DNA from: Candidatus Peribacterales bacterium
Lineage (GTDB): Bacteria > Patescibacteriota > Gracilibacteria > Peribacterales > Peribacteraceae
Assembly (NCBI GenBank): GCA_043747095.1
Contig: JAYTPR010000140.1
Location: 1-33,629, forward strand
DNA length: 33,629 nt
Direction of reading: 5' to 3'
Under the pieces are notes generated by a model that saw only the letters and a program-made list of their open reading frames with translations, had not been told where the DNA came from and did not search any database. A program made the translations under genes and the position numbers. Each line of letters begins with the position of its first letter. The first letter of the stretch is position 1. Shown here one piece after another: positions 6,770 to 14,469 of the stretch.

Positions 6770-9699
6770 TTGTGTGGAACCGTATCTTGCAAGCGCGAGA
6801 TTAGCTCCGCTTAGATTTATAATACTTCCTTCGAAAAAGTGTTTTTCCGCATGAATAAAGTGTGAATGACACTGATTCCTTAGAGCTGTTCTAAAGGGGG
6901 AGAGAACGTTCTTTTTGGCTTCCGATAGAAGCAAATCTTCTCACCCTCGCTAAACGCGTAGGGAGGGGGTATTTTTAGAGGTACTGAACTTCTAGACTTG
7001 GGTCATGCTTGCATCCTACACACAATTACCGGATCACCGCTTCACGTATCTACAACGTGGATTAGTCACCGCAATCCTCATTGGCACCAATCTGGTTCCG
7101 CTCAACGTTTCGGCTCAATTTGCTGATGTAGATAATAACAACAAAAATACTGAGGCAATTGAGTATGTACGGAATCAGGGGATTGTAGAAGGGTATAGCG
7201 ACAAAACATTTAGACCCGAGAATAAAATTAATCGTGCAGAGTTAGTAAAGATTCTCGTAAAAAGCTTCCTACACAAAGAAGATGTTTCTGGATCAGACTG
7301 TTTCTCAGATGTTCGCTCTGAGTGGTTCGCCCCTTATATCTGTACTGCTGCAAAGGCAGGGATTGTAGCTGGATATCCGGATGCTACATTCCAGCCCTCA
7401 AAACCTGTTAATTTTGTCGAAGCCGCAAAAATGATTGGGATTGCCCTGAGCCTGAAGATAGAGAAGGATGCGCAGCCTTGGTATAAACCTTTTGTTTCTG
7501 CGCTGGAAATGAAAAGTGCCATCCCCATCTCAATACAATCATTCAGCCAAAACATTTCTCGCGGGGAAATGGCGGAAATAATCTTCCGTCTCAGCACAGC
7601 GGTAGATGACAAGCCTACGAGAACTTTTGCAGAACTTGCAGGCGTAGAAACGAAAACAGCTCAACAGACAAGTAGTGAGGATGGGTGCTCTTCTTCCGGG
7701 AAGGGGGAAATCTGCAGTAAATCATTGTTCTCACTACCGCATACACTTGAAACATACCGAACCGATGGATTGGATTCGCTCGAGTTACTCACGGATAGCG
7801 ATAACAAACATTCTGTTTTTTACATTAAAAATCGCTTCCGTGACACTGAATTGTTTATTGATGGAAAATACAAAGGAAAATATGACAGATTTGCGGCTTC
7901 TGTGAGTGAAGATGGAAGCGCGCCACTTGTTGTATTTGGATCAGGAGACCATCTGTTTCTATCAAATCAGTGGGGTCAGATAAAGATCAGCCCCATAGTG
8001 CAAAATATGATTTCCGAATCAATCCAACGACGTATCTTCCCGACATTTCCGGTCAATAGCATTGAAGAGGCTGTGATCAAGCAGGGTGAGCGTGAGCGTG
8101 AAATGTCCAAGCAGCTTAAGGAATATCTGAATTGGTCTGACGCCCAAGTCGAAGCATCTGTAACAGGTGCGATTGAGCGAGTATATCCGAAAGAACTTAA
8201 ACATCTGGCTTCTCAGCTCAAGCTAAATTCCTTGTCTCTTGGAGATGTTTTCCTTCTACTACACTACAAAAAAACTGGCGAAAGACCTTTCAATGGTATT
8301 TTCATTTCTTTTGTTTGGAAACAAAATGATCATCGTAGTGTGATTTTCCTGAGTCTCACGGATGCAAATGAGGCTTGGGCATTAGACATTGTTGATGGAG
8401 AATTAGTTGGCCTTTATCCAGCCTTTGCACCATGGGGAAATAGTCAGCCTGTTGCTTATGACGCTCAATCGAACACGCTCGCATTTCCTGGAATTAATCC
8501 AGAGATAACGGACTCTGTTGGTTCGTCCACCCTAGAAGGAAAGGCGATGTGGATAAATGGAGCTCTCGAGAAAACATTCAATTCTAATATCTCTTTCCCA
8601 CGTTTATCGAATCAAGGAGAGTTGCTATACATAGGTACAAATATTAAAGAGAAAGGCGAAGAATATAACTTCGACTGTACTGCGATTATTGGTAAAACCA
8701 GCCGCCCATTCGCATGTAACGACCCATTATTTGCTCGTTTTATTACTTACACAACAGCGTTTCGATTCCCACGTGTTAGTCCCGATGGGAAAACTGTGGT
8801 GTACCCCGAACTAGTAGACCCAAGTGAGGCAAAAGATGATTGGCTATATCCCGAGAAAGCATTTACCTCGAGGCTAATTGTGAACGGCAAGCCTCAAGAT
8901 GCCCACCCATGGGTAGATTTTCCATACTTCACTAAGAAGGGCCTGGCTGTCGTAACTCACTCTGACAACAGCGAAGCATATGTCGATAGTTATGTGGAGT
9001 GGGATGGAAAGAAGGTGGGGCCGTTTCAGAGCCTGCTTCCAAACCTTGCGAGTACGACAGACTTTCGTGGCTACCCCCCAATGTTTCAGTCAATCCATGG
9101 CAGCGTGGGGGATGAGGACCTCCCCGATGCAGTGATCGTAAGTCCTGATGGAGAAAGTATTGCTTTTAGCGGCTATAACACGAAATCAGGATGGACTCTC
9201 TATAAAAACATGGAACGCATCGCATCGTATGACCATATTTCGATGCTTACTTTTAGCCCTGATAGCGAAAAACTTGGATACCTAGGTACCTCTATCGACC
9301 GAAGTAAATCTGAGCCTGGGGTACAAATTGGAGAGTATAGATTGGTTGAACAACCTTTTGAACGAGTAGCTTTATCACAGGTGATTGTGAATGGTCTAAC
9401 CTTGAGTAGTCATGAAAAAGTTCTTTGGATGCAGTTCGCTCCGAATACATCAGACCTCCTCTATATCGCGAAGGATAATGGAAGATATCGTTTGCTGCGC
9501 AATGGCATACGTATTGGAAGTGAGTTTGATGCGTTGGTGGAAGCTCCAACCTTCTCCTCTGAAGGTACCTTGAAGTTTGGCGTAGTGGATGGCTTGAATG
9601 TAAAAATAGTCACTTTTTCATCTTTGTAGTCGCCACCTCTTAAATAGTCATGCCACGGTGCATAAGTGTTTTCCTACGCAATCTAATAGCATGCAGAAT
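6742..9699. mobile_element. candidate tRNA-Asp-associated islet or insertion remnant (no integrase)
   Basis: The segment is bracketed by the 37-nt direct repeats. The interior is visibly more AT-rich than the flanks. Single 60-nt lines I counted gave about 30-32% GC at 7201 and 8281, 57% at 9001 inside the insert, and about 53% at 5401 in glgP. No recombinase gene is present. Confidence 0.3.
7005..9629 (+). CDS. SLH-domain envelope protein with a C-terminal TolB/PD40-like beta-propeller region (874 aa)
   Basis: The N-terminal signal-like segment is followed by three SLH-like repeats: FADVD..AIEYVRNQGIVEGYSDKTFRPENKINRAELVKIL, FSDVRSEWFAPYICTAAKAGIVAGYPDATFQPSKPVNFVEAAKMI, and WYKPFV..ISRGEMAEIIFRL. 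The C-terminal part has recurring SPDG-type motifs: VSPDGKTVVY, VSPDGESIAFSG, FSPDSEKLGYLG. Confidence 0.85.
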   Translation: MLASYTQLPDHRFTYLQRGLVTAILIGTNLVPLNVSAQFADVDNNNKNTEAIEYVRNQGIVEGYSDKTFRPENKINRAELVKILVKSFLHKEDVSGSDCFSDVRSEWFAPYICTAAKAGIVAGYPDATFQPSKPVNFVEAAKMIGIALSLKIEKDAQPWYKPFVSALEMKSAIPISIQSFSQNISRGEMAEIIFRLSTAVDDKPTRTFAELAGVETKTAQQTSSEDGCSSSGKGEICSKSLFSLPHTLETYRTDGLDSLELLTDSDNKHSVFYIKNRFRDTELFIDGKYKGKYDRFAASVSEDGSAPLVVFGSGDHLFLSNQWGQIKISPIVQNMISESIQRRIFPTFPVNSIEEAVIKQGEREREMSKQLKEYLNWSDAQVEASVTGAIERVYPKELKHLASQLKLNSLSLGDVFLLLHYKKTGERPFNGIFISFVWKQNDHRSVIFLSLTDANEAWALDIVDGELVGLYPAFAPWGNSQPVAYDAQSNTLAFPGINPEITDSVGSSTLEGKAMWINGALEKTFNSNISFPRLSNQGELLYIGTNIKEKGEEYNFDCTAIIGKTSRPFACNDPLFARFITYTTAFRFPRVSPDGKTVVYPELVDPSEAKDDWLYPEKAFTSRLIVNGKPQDAHPWVDFPYFTKKGLAVVTHSDNSEAYVDSYVEWDGKKVGPFQSLLPNLASTTDFRGYPPMFQSIHGSVGDEDLPDAVIVSPDGESIAFSGYNTKSGWTLYKNMERIASYDHISMLTFSPDSEKLGYLGTSIDRSKSEPGVQIGEYRLVEQPFERVALSQVIVNGLTLSSHEKVLWMQFAPNTSDLLYIAKDNGRYRLLRNGIRIGSEFDALVEAPTFSSEGTLKFGVVDGLNVKIVTFSSL

Positions 9700-9736
9700 G
9701 CTCCGCCATCATTAACACACAGAATCAGAGTCTTTT
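9700..9736 (+). repeat. direct repeat copy 2
   Basis: The sequence gctccgccatcattaacacacagaatcagagtctttt matches 6733-6769 at 33 of 37 positions. Confidence 0.8.
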
Positions 9737-9794
9737 ATGGAGCCTTCGTGTGCCCTAAGCCTTGGGCTTTTCTTAGGATTCTCTTTGTATTAGC

Positions 9795-10142
9795 ATGCGG
9801 CACTCTTTTTTTCGCATGCCTCTCATTCTTCCCGAAAACACTGTCACTCAAACTTTGGACGCCGTTCCAAGCGTCAAGACTGCAGCAGATGTTGAACGTC
9901 AGATTCAAGCGACCATCGAGCGCATATTGTCGATAGGACTCCGTAAATGTTGTGATGATTTTCGCAGAGCTGCTGATGATTTTCGGGCACGGAGAAATGC
10001 CCATGAATTAAGTGGCAAATTTGCATATCTCGATGATCCGTATTTGCGAACTCTGGCCATAGCTGGTGAGCAACACATCTGCCAAGAGGGTCGCGTCAGA
10101 CAGCTTCCTGCGCTGTTCGATCTCCGTGAAAATTATTGGTGA
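9795..10142 (+). CDS. hypothetical protein (115 aa; alternative ATG at 9816)
   Basis: This is an ORF only, with no recognisable motif. It ends 40 nt before a strong hairpin. Confidence 0.4.
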   Translation: MRHSFFRMPLILPENTVTQTLDAVPSVKTAADVERQIQATIERILSIGLRKCCDDFRRAADDFRARRNAHELSGKFAYLDDPYLRTLAIAGEQHICQEGRVRQLPALFDLRENYW

Positions 10143-10181
10143 CATCGACAGTGGCAATATCGTAAGAACGACGAGACTCAT

Positions 10182-10210
10182 AAAAAACAGGGGAACACTG
10201 TGTTCCCCTG
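10182..10210 (-). terminator. rho-independent terminator of the 253-aa SLH gene
   Basis: The hairpin is caggggaaca-ctg-tgttcccctg. On the minus strand it is followed by TTTTTT (plus-strand aaaaaa at 10182-10187). Confidence 0.75.
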
Positions 10211-10233
10211 GTTGAGACCGATGAACGATACAA

Positions 10234-10995
10234 CTACTTGCTCAAGTTCTCCCAGCTCTGGGATGGCTGGTTCGTGATGTTCATCTTTGCACGATAGATC
10301 ATCACGGCAACCTCACCGCGAGTGACTGGCTGACCGAGGAAACGGATGGACGTCGGAATGCCGTTACGCTTCGAGAGCGAGTCGACATAGACGAAGTACC
10401 AACGCTGATCGGCGACGTCTCCCTGTTCCTGACTGACGCGGAAGATGCGGCTGACCAATTTTGCAGCTTCTACGAAGCTCACAAGACGCGTCGGACGGAA
10501 GTAGCCGTCGGCGTATCCGTGGACGATGCCGGAAACTTTGGCGTTGCAGATGTCGAGAGCGCGAATGGTATCAGTAGTGACGTCATTGAAGAGGCGAATG
10601 CCTGCACCGTTTTTGTTGAGACATGAGTTGTCACGATTTGCCATGAGGAACTCGCTCGTCATAAGCTGCACAAGTTCGTCTCTGCGAATGCGCCTTTCTG
10701 GGTGAAATTTACCGTCAGTGTAGTCACCCTTGAGAATGTTGTGCGTGCGGAGGTATTCGATTGCTTCAAATTGTGGGTGCGATGGAGTGACGTCGAGAAA
10801 CTGCTTCGTAGAAAACGGAGTTGCAGATGGAGCAGTTGCAGGAGAAGAGGAAGACGTCGTGCCTGTTGGCGGTACATACGGTGAACGTCCGATATCTTCT
10901 GGGAACATGGCGAATGCAGCTTCAGCGCTCATCCAGAGCACAAGAGCCAAGGTCGGTCCTGCGAGGAGCAGTGTGTTACGTCGTTCGAGCGTCAT
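10234..10995 (-). CDS. SLH-module-only envelope protein (253 aa)
   Basis: It has a signal peptide ([21 protein letters not shown]) and a Ser/Thr/Pro linker. Three SLH-like repeats follow: [56 protein letters not shown], and [19 protein letters not shown]. Confidence 0.85.
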   Translation of the reverse strand: MTLERRNTLLLAGPTLALVLWMSAEAAFAMFPEDIGRSPYVPPTGTTSSSSPATAPSATPFSTKQFLDVTPSHPQFEAIEYLRTHNILKGDYTDGKFHPERRIRRDELVQLMTSEFLMANRDNSCLNKNGAGIRLFNDVTTDTIRALDICNAKVSGIVHGYADGYFRPTRLVSFVEAAKLVSRIFRVSQEQGDVADQRWYFVYVDSLSKRNGIPTSIRFLGQPVTRGEVAVMIYRAKMNITNQPSQSWENLSK

Positions 10996-11054
10996 ATGAG
11001 GAGGGGAAGGATTAACGACATTAAGACGAGTACCGAGAAAAATCCTTACACTTC

Positions 11055-11085
11055 ATAGAAAAGAGCCCCGCACCGTGCGAGGCTC
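11055..11085 (-). terminator. stem-loop plus T-rich tail on the minus strand
   Basis: The hairpin gagcc-c-cgcac-c-gtgcg-a-ggctc lies at 11063-11085. On the minus strand it is followed by ttttct. Confidence 0.5.
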
Positions 11086-11270
11086 CTATGGCAACCGATC
11101 ATCCCTCACGTGACCGGCTACCTCTCTTTCACTACGCCGCAAGTGCTCCCGTACTGCGGCGGTCTACGGAACCTATCTGGTTCAGAGTCGGTGGCCCGCC
11201 ACACTTTTGCCTCCTTCAAGCGGACACGAGCACTGTACTCGGTAGGGTTTAAGAGATGGTTAAGAATGGC
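11086..11270 (-). ncRNA. candidate structured RNA or long structured 3' UTR (identity unknown)
   Basis: This roughly 185-nt non-coding stretch lies between the kinase stop and the terminator. Minus-sense hairpins found by hand are gaacc-agata-ggttc, cgccgca-(13 nt)-tgcggcg and ccggtc-(11 nt)-gatcgg. I found no SRP, 6S, tmRNA or RNase P signature. Confidence 0.2.
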
Positions 11271-12479
11271 TCAAGCCTTCTGAATAGCGATACGGAATGT
11301 CGTGCCTTTGCCAAGCGTGCTCTCAACCCGGATACCCCATCCATGAAGCTCAACGATACGACGTACGAGTGCGAGGCCGAGGCCAAAGCCTTCTTTGGCG
11401 CGCGATGTATCCGCCTGGAAAAACCTATTGAAGACGTTCGGAATATCGCTGGGGGCAATACCGATACCCGTATCGGCGACGGCTAGTTCTTTTTTTGTCA
11501 GTAGGACCTTCACGCTTCCGGATGGCTTATTGAATTTCACAGCATTCATCAGGAGATTGGAGAGCACCTGCTTGAGAAGCGCTCTGTCACCACGCACCAT
11601 CACGCCATTTGCAATAGCCGTATCAAGCACCATGCCCTTTTCCTTGATAATGAGACTGTATTTTTCGAGCGTATCGGTGACCAACGCCGAGAAATCAATC
11701 ATGTCGTCAATGAGAACAAATTTATCAATACGTGCGAGCTCAAGAAGTCTCTCCACAAGAACTGTGATGTCTTTCACATCGTCTTTTGCAGAATGAAGGC
11801 CTTCCTGGTGCTTTCCAGTTTTCAACGCAAGATCGAGCGATGAATTCAGTGCTGCAAGCGGCGTACGCAGTTCATGGCTAGCATCCTGCGTAAACTGCTC
11901 AAGGCGCATCATCATTTCTTCCGCAGGTTTCAAGCTCCTGCGCGCAAAGAAAATGCCCACAATGAACGTGAGCGCGGAAACGGAGATACTCACAATAAGA
12001 TAGAGAAACGCGCGCAGTGGAAGATCTTTCAGTCTAAGGCGTTCCATATCCGCAATCTGCGCATAGGCCTTCAGCTTGCCATTGGACATCACCGGAATCG
12101 TGAGCACGCTCATGTCATCTTCTTCGATGCGCATGCGTGAAAATCCCTGTCCGGATGAGAAAGGTAAATCGGTAAAATACCGTCCTGCGTAGAGCGTCGT
12201 GCCCGATGCATCGATGAAGCGCACGCGGTCCCGCATCGGCATCGGCAGATCCTCAGGGTGCATATCGGGGAAGCTCGGATGATCGATATGCCGAATGATG
12301 GCGAAGGATTCACGAGAGAGACGGAAATGCGTCTGGCGCCGTGCATTCGTAATGTCTGCAGCAAGAAAAATAATGCCATTCAGTAAAAAGAGCCCCAACA
12401 CGAACGCGGTAAACTGCAGTGCGATGCGATAGCTGATGCGCTTGAACATAGGTTTGAGTGGGCTTGCCAGCCGTAGCAT
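11271..12479 (-). CDS. sensor histidine kinase (HisKA + HATPase_c, two TM segments)
   Basis: It has the H-box FTQDASHELRTPL, the N-box LLMNAVKFN, G1 DTGIGI and G2 GFGLGLALV. I used the first ATG, at 12479. The track ORF begins at a TTG at 12506, and another ATG lies at 12449. Confidence 0.85.
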   Translation of the reverse strand: MLRLASPLKPMFKRISYRIALQFTAFVLGLFLLNGIIFLAADITNARRQTHFRLSRESFAIIRHIDHPSFPDMHPEDLPMPMRDRVRFIDASGTTLYAGRYFTDLPFSSGQGFSRMRIEEDDMSVLTIPVMSNGKLKAYAQIADMERLRLKDLPLRAFLYLIVSISVSALTFIVGIFFARRSLKPAEEMMMRLEQFTQDASHELRTPLAALNSSLDLALKTGKHQEGLHSAKDDVKDITVLVERLLELARIDKFVLIDDMIDFSALVTDTLEKYSLIIKEKGMVLDTAIANGVMVRGDRALLKQVLSNLLMNAVKFNKPSGSVKVLLTKKELAVADTGIGIAPSDIPNVFNRFFQADTSRAKEGFGLGLALVRRIVELHGWGIRVESTLGKGTTFRIAIQKA

Positions 12480-12532
12480 AGCAATTGGTCCACCTACGCC
12501 CCGCAAATGCGGGACTACGGCGGACAGCCTCG

Positions 12533-13198
12533 CTACGCGGAGGCTGGAATCATGTAACCCTGACCGGGTACGGTCTCGATGACGCTCTTGCCGAGCTTAC
12601 GCCGAAGATAGGCGATATGGACATCGACGGTTTGGGAAAACATGAGGTCATCACGACCTCCCCACACATGCTCGATGATGCTGGGACGCTGCTGCACATG
12701 GCCTTTGTGTCTGAGCAAATATTCAAACAGCGCGTACTCACGAGGCGAGAGCGACACTTTCATATCATCTTTGCGCACCTCGCGTGTGTTCGTATCTACG
12801 GTGATTTTTCCAGTTTTCAGAATCGGGGTTTTCTCTTCGCTCTTTCTGCGTAGGAGTGCTCTCACACGAGCAAGAAGTTCGTCCAAATCAAACGGCTTCG
12901 TCAGGTAATCATCGGCACCGATATTCAGACCGTGGATAATTTCCTGTTGTTTGGTGCGAGCCGTCAGCATGAGAATTGGCATATTTTTGCGGTTTTCGCG
13001 AAGCATCGTACAGATGACGTACCCATCCATGCCGGGTAAGTTGATATCGAGAATGATGAGATCAAATTCTTGTGTCATCGCTTTTTCAAAACCATCTTTG
13101 CCGTCACTTGCGACCGTCACGGCATACGTCTCGGTCTTCAAAAATTCCGCGATATTCGCAGCTAGTTTTGCTTGATCTTCGATGAGGAGAATATTCAT
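12533..13198 (-). CDS. OmpR/PhoB-family response regulator
   Basis: The receiver domain has MNILLIEDQ and DLIILDINLPGMDG. The C-terminal winged-helix domain has REYALFEYLLRH...VDVHIAYLRRKL. Confidence 0.92.
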   Translation of the reverse strand: MNILLIEDQAKLAANIAEFLKTETYAVTVASDGKDGFEKAMTQEFDLIILDINLPGMDGYVICTMLRENRKNMPILMLTARTKQQEIIHGLNIGADDYLTKPFDLDELLARVRALLRRKSEEKTPILKTGKITVDTNTREVRKDDMKVSLSPREYALFEYLLRHKGHVQQRPSIIEHVWGGRDDLMFSQTVDVHIAYLRRKLGKSVIETVPGQGYMIPASA

Positions 13199-13341
13199 GA
13201 CGTCTGCGGGTACGGATAAAGAATAGGCGTCTCACGTTAAGACGGCATTAAGAACATTCTCTTTCTTGCATGCAGAAGCTTTGTATTGCCTTTATTTTCT
13301 TGCACGATAAAAAACCTTCTGACATCGGTGTACGGCTTCGC

Positions 13342-14469
13342 TTACAGCCAACCAAACATCGCCTTCGCATCATTCATGGCAAGTTTGACGATAGGATTCA
13401 GGAGAGGTGCCATTGCGGTCTGAGCGCGCTGCATGACTTTGATGAGATGATCAACTTCGGCTTCCTGATCCTGCTGAGCCTTGAGAGATTCAAGTGCGGA
13501 TGCGAGACCGAGAGCGGTGAAATCGCGCGAGACATCGTACGCGGCAAGCCTCTGTGCTTCTTTAAACTGTGCGGAGACAGAACCCTTGGCCTGATCGAGT
13601 GCGATCTGGCGCTTCAGAAGCACGGCATCGAGTGATGCGACCTGTGTGCGTGTAGCGCGTAGTGATGATGGTGGAGCGGTGACGACGGCAAACGCAAGAA
13701 CAGACGCGACGATGACGTTACTCATGACAGCGAAGAGTCCTCCGATGATCACCCACTGATAACGTCGGAAACGGAGAGCGTTATATTTTTCCACGACGGA
13801 GAAACGTAGCTTCGTTTCGCTGCGGATATCCAGCGCAGGAACAAAGACGAGTGACTGGAGCTTGGTTGCAACGGTCGATGTCGGCTGCCAACGCGTCAGA
13901 AGGAAATCTTTTGCTGTCTTGAGCTCCGAGGCAACATCGCTTGCTGACATCCGAAGTACCTGTGCGATGCGCTCGTCACTCAGTCCTACAAGCATGGAGA
14001 GAATGAGGAGTCGCTCTGCTTCTTTTGGCAGCGACCAGAGGGCGTCATGCAGTGTTGCAACCGACTGGCGCTCCGCTTCCGAAAGCCAGACGAGGCTTGG
14101 CAGATAGATCGAACCAATATCAGCTGCGACGATATCGCGATCTTTGAGCGCCTGATCTGCAGCATCAAGCAGAAGCTTGAGGCTGAGTGTGCCAAACCAC
14201 CACAAAGACATCGCACGGACGAGAATGTCTGAGTAAATTTCTGTGAGGATTGTTTTCGCAAGATCAGCGGAACCAGTGCGATGATAGAGGTAACCGTAAA
14301 ACACCTCTTTCGTTGTATCGAGGAAATCAAGATAGTCTTTGGCACCACGCTTTAAGACCGCTAGATCAAGCGCTTTGCGCTCGCCTTCAGCGGCTACAGG
14401 TACTGCCACAGGTGCCATATGAGGCAATTCTGTGAAGACGCCAGTGACTGGTGGGATGACCTCGCTCAT
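13342..14469 (-). CDS. ECF-type sigma-70-like domain fused to a TM helix and an extracytoplasmic coiled-coil region (sigma/anti-sigma-like fusion)
   Basis: The region-2-like part is FYGYLYHRTGSADLAKTILTEIYSDIL...WWFGTL. The region-4 HTH is LPKEAERLLILSMLVGLSDERIAQVLRMSASDVASELKTAKDFL. A TM helix YQWVIIGGLFAVMSNVIVASVLAFAVV follows, then a roughly 110-aa helical tail. Confidence 0.7.
   Translation of the reverse strand: MSEVIPPVTGVFTELPHMAPVAVPVAAEGERKALDLAVLKRGAKDYLDFLDTTKEVFYGYLYHRTGSADLAKTILTEIYSDILVRAMSLWWFGTLSLKLLLDAADQALKDRDIVAADIGSIYLPSLVWLSEAERQSVATLHDALWSLPKEAERLLILSMLVGLSDERIAQVLRMSASDVASELKTAKDFLLTRWQPTSTVATKLQSLVFVPALDIRSETKLRFSVVEKYNALRFRRYQWVIIGGLFAVMSNVIVASVLAFAVVTAPPSSLRATRTQVASLDAVLLKRQIALDQAKGSVSAQFKEAQRLAAYDVSRDFTALGLASALESLKAQQDQEAEVDHLIKVMQRAQTAMAPLLNPIVKLAMNDAKAMFGWL

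Noticed and set aside
9658-9936. 92-aa hydrophobic plus-strand ORF crossing direct-repeat copy 2
   Set aside because: It has no start context, overlaps the better-placed 9795/9816 ORF in another frame, and spans the repeat. It is probably spurious, though a small membrane protein cannot be fully excluded.
11086-11270. Assigning the structured intergenic segment to SRP RNA, 6S RNA, tmRNA or RNase P
   Set aside because: It lacks the SRP domain-IV motif (GGAA tetraloop with AGCAGC-type strand) and the tRNA-like end of tmRNA. It is too short for RNase P, and 6S cannot be recognised by eye. I kept it only as an unnamed candidate.
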